From: Desulfobulbaceae bacterium
GTDB lineage: Bacteria; Bacteroidota; Ignavibacteria; Kapaibacteriales; UBA2268
Length of the DNA: 64,000 nt
Direction of reading: 5' to 3'
Assembly (NCBI GenBank): GCA_018335795.1
Contig: JAGXRP010000006.1
Location: 22,129-86,128 of the forward strand
The notes beneath the pieces are model-generated. The model had not been told where the DNA came from and did not search any database. It saw nothing but the letters and a program-made list of their open reading frames with translations. Each line of letters opens with the position of its first letter. Position 1 is the stretch's first letter. Of the stretch, positions 61,308 through 64,000 are shown one piece after another. The position numbers and the translations under genes are program-made.

Positions 61308-63341
61308 ATCAATTTGCCAATCGCTTTTCAGAGTATTTATTTCGTCTCTCAATTCGGCAGCACGCTCGAAATCTAAGTTTTTTGCAGATTCTTTCATTTG
61401 CGCAAACATTTGTTCCAAAACTACTTTCTTTTGTTCTTTCGACATGAATTTAACAATTGGTTCTGCAGCAATTTTAACTTCATCATTATTAGAAGATTTG
61501 AATGATCGTCCGATATTAGGATGATGAATATCGGCAATCGATGTTGAAGAAAGAATTTCCACTAATGATTTGTAAACAGTGGTTGGATTGATTCCATGTA
61601 AAGTATTATATTCGGATTGTAACTGTCTGCGACGATTTGTTTCCGAAATTAAATGATTGATTGATTTGGTCAATTTATCTGCGTATAAAATTACTAAACC
61701 ATCTACATTTCTGGCAGTACGCCCGGCGATTTGCAATAATGAAGTCTGACTACGCAAAAAGCCTTCTTTATCGGCGTCAAGTACTGCGACAAGTGAAACT
61801 TCAGGTAAATCAAGCCCTTCACGCAAAAGATTTACACCTACTAAAACATCAAAATGCCCTAATCGCAAATTGCGGATGATTTCGACGCGTTCGAGAGAAT
61901 CAACATCGGAATGAATATATGCTACTTGTATATTGAGATTTTTAAGATAATCGGTCAAATCTTCAGCCATGCGCTTGGTTAAAGTCGTCACCAAAACTCT
62001 TTCCTTCTTAACTACTCTGACTCTGATTTCTGCCAATAAATCATCAATTTGTGTTTTGATTGGACGAACAGAAATCTGCGGGTCGAGCAATCCTGTGGGC
62101 CTGATAACTTGCTCAACCACAACTCCCTCGCATTTTTCAAGTTCAAAATCTGCCGGAGTAGCGCTAACAAAGACAACCTGATTAATCAAAGATTCAAATT
62201 CGTCAAATCTTAGTGGTCTGTTTTCGATAGCTGATGGCAGACGGAAACCATGCTCGACCAAACTCATTTTGCGCGAGCGGTCACCATTATACATTCCCCG
62301 AACCTGCGGCACAGAAACGTGACTTTCATCAATTATCAACAAATAATCATCGGGGAAAAAATCGAAAATACAGTGCGGTCGTTCGCCAAAAGTTCTGCCG
62401 GTCAGATGCATTGAATAGTTTTCGATACCCGAGCAATAGCCGACTTCTTTCATCATTTCAAGGTCAAACAAGGTTCTTTGCTCTAAGCGCTGTGCTTCGT
62501 AATATTTATCTTGCAATCTAAGTTCTTTTAGTCTTTCAGCTAGCTCATCGCGAATAAACTGCATAGCTACCGTCAATCTGTCTTCGGGTGTTACGAATAG
62601 TTTCGCAGGATGAAGTGTAACTTCATTCTCAATCGTAAGTACTTTTCCTGAACTAACCTCTATTGTAGAAATTTTATCAATTTCATCGCCAAAAAATTCA
62701 ATCCTATATCCCAAATTAGACTCATAGGCCGGCACTATGTCAACAATATCGCCCCGAACACGGAAATTTCCGCGTTTGAAATCGAAATCATTTCGTTCGT
62801 AATGTAGCTCGTTTAATTTGTAAAGCAACTTTTGCCGTGGTAGAAACATTCCTTTTCGAATTTGGAAGAGAAATTTTTCAAAATCCTCCTTTTTGCCAAT
62901 ACTATAGATACAACTGACAGATGCAACGATAATTATATCTCGTCTGCCTTCCACCAGACTGCTTGTAGCTTTGAGCCTTAGTCTGTCAATTTCATCGTTT
63001 ATGGCAAAGTCTTTTTCGATGTATGTATCAGATTTTGCAATATAGGCTTCGGGTTGGTAATAATCGTAGTATGAAATGAAGAATTCGACAGCATTCTCGG
63101 GGAAAAAAGATTTGAATTCGGCAAATAATTGCGCTGCTAAAGTTTTATTTGGCGAAATTACCAAAGTAGGCTTCTGCACATGTTGTATCACGTTAGACAT
63201 GGTAAATGTCTTGCCCGAGCCAGTAACGCCAAGCAAAGTTTGGTATTTATCCCCTCTTTCGATTCCTTCAATAAGTTCGCGTATAGCTTTGGGCTGGTCT
63301 CCCGCAGGTTTATAAGTCGAATTCAACTTGAATGTATTCAT
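61299..63341 (-). CDS. uvrB: Excinuclease ABC subunit B
   Basis: Walker [11 protein letters not shown], helicase motifs, the UvrB beta-hairpin region, and a C-terminal UVR domain (…[12 protein letters not shown]…). Confidence 0.9.
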   Translation of the reverse strand: MNTFKLNSTYKPAGDQPKAIRELIEGIERGDKYQTLLGVTGSGKTFTMSNVIQHVQKPTLVISPNKTLAAQLFAEFKSFFPENAVEFFISYYDYYQPEAYIAKSDTYIEKDFAINDEIDRLRLKATSSLVEGRRDIIIVASVSCIYSIGKKEDFEKFLFQIRKGMFLPRQKLLYKLNELHYERNDFDFKRGNFRVRGDIVDIVPAYESNLGYRIEFFGDEIDKISTIEVSSGKVLTIENEVTLHPAKLFVTPEDRLTVAMQFIRDELAERLKELRLQDKYYEAQRLEQRTLFDLEMMKEVGYCSGIENYSMHLTGRTFGERPHCIFDFFPDDYLLIIDESHVSVPQVRGMYNGDRSRKMSLVEHGFRLPSAIENRPLRFDEFESLINQVVFVSATPADFELEKCEGVVVEQVIRPTGLLDPQISVRPIKTQIDDLLAEIRVRVVKKERVLVTTLTKRMAEDLTDYLKNLNIQVAYIHSDVDSLERVEIIRNLRLGHFDVLVGVNLLREGLDLPEVSLVAVLDADKEGFLRSQTSLLQIAGRTARNVDGLVILYADKLTKSINHLISETNRRRQLQSEYNTLHGINPTTVYKSLVEILSSTSIADIHHPNIGRSFKSSNNDEVKIAAEPIVKFMSKEQKKVVLEQMFAQMKESAKNLDFERAAELRDEINTLKSDWQIDSD

Positions 63342-63413
63342 AATTTTTCCGATTGAAAGAAATTTTATTAAATTAGTACGTCAAAACTTATAAAAATAAG
63401 GAAGAATATTTAA

Positions 63414-64000
63414 ATGACGAATGAAGAAATAGTAAAATCTCAAACAAATAAATCAATTTATGGTGTGATGGCTTTCGGATTGCTCACCATTATATTATGG
63501 AATGTGCCTTTTGGAAACATGATTCTATACCCATTTACTATATTAGGGACATGGTTTCATGAATTAGCACATGGATTGATGGCACTCATTTTAGGTGCAA
63601 ATTTCAATAAGCTGGTAATTTTCCCTGATGGTTCGGGTTACGCCCAATTCAGCTATTCATCTTTGTTCTTAGGAAATTTTGGGAGTGCTTTGGTAGCAGC
63701 TGCAGGTCCGATAGGACCGACAATCGCCGGAGCTCTGTTCTTAGTAGCATCGACTAAGAAGCGGAGCACTGAAATTGTTCTTTACTTATTGAGTTTTTCC
63801 CTTATTATTTCTACGTTGCTTTGGGTGCGTCCTTGGTTTGGGTTTGGTTTTATAATGATTCTACTTTTTTCAGTCGCTATCACTTTTATAGAAATCAAAG
63901 GCAAAGATATTGTCAAAACCATCACATTACAGTTGCTCGCTGTTCAGGCATTTGCTAGCATGTACCAAGGAATCGGATATTTGTTTTCAAAGGGAGCAGT
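63414..64000 (+). CDS. M50B-like / HExxH-motif polytopic membrane protein (5' part; continues beyond the window end)
   Basis: The ATG at 63414 is preceded by AAGGAAG. There are multiple TM helices and an intramembrane HELAHG motif (FHELAHGLMALILG). It is absent from the ORF track because it runs off the window. Confidence 0.5.
   Translation, partial: MTNEEIVKSQTNKSIYGVMAFGLLTIILWNVPFGNMILYPFTILGTWFHELAHGLMALILGANFNKLVIFPDGSGYAQFSYSSLFLGNFGSALVAAAGPIGPTIAGALFLVASTKKRSTEIVLYLLSFSLIISTLLWVRPWFGFGFIMILLFSVAITFIEIKGKDIVKTITLQLLAVQAFASMYQGIGYLFSKGA

Noticed and set aside
1-64000. tRNA, rRNA, transposase, integrase or prophage signatures
   Set aside because: I scanned for T-loop-like GGTTCGAATCC/GGTTCAAATCC motifs (and their reverse complements) and for IS-like terminal inverted repeats. 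None was found. All large ORFs have chromosomal housekeeping or envelope functions.

Overview
This 64 kb window is a low-GC, gene-dense chromosomal segment (about 90% coding, many 1-20 bp gene overlaps) from an FCB-group bacterium. T9SS-type C-terminal sorting domains, a fused ccoNO, a fused actDE and visible Shine-Dalgarno-like motifs point to an Ignavibacteria/Bacteroidota-like lineage (inference). Gene content, left to right: (1) an aerobic respiratory island on the minus strand: alternative complex III actA-actB-actC-actDE-actF, a membrane-anchored monoheme cytochrome c, SCO1/SenC and the 5' part of a heme-copper oxidase subunit I, preceded by a complete cbb3 cluster ccoI-ccoS-ccoNO(fused)-ccoQ-ccoP-ccoG-ccoH plus a TauE-like permease, with glmM translationally coupled to ccoI. 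(2) Housekeeping genes: DoxX/MauE, ComF, two parvulin PPIases, murC, an ABC exporter pair, a CN-hydrolase, NlpC/P60, mraY, murF, ribD, map, M28 and M3 peptidases, trpS, hppD/hmgA, a TPR sensor kinase, acetoacetyl-CoA synthetase and uvrB. (3) Accessory or unknown material: a four-gene plus-strand operon of membrane, acidic, TauE and YbbR-like proteins; a four-gene minus-strand operon of lipoproteins and an OM beta-barrel, including a 1017-aa PD40-repeat lipoprotein and Cys-rich proteins, of unknown function; two tandem BNR-repeat T9SS cargo paralogs; and a structured repeat array flanking trpS. I found no tRNA, rRNA, CRISPR, transposase or integrase. The most interesting items are the unknown envelope operon at 38.2-43.8 kb, the trpS-flanking repeat family, and a small TAT-signal ORF nested between actA and actB with TGATG coupling.
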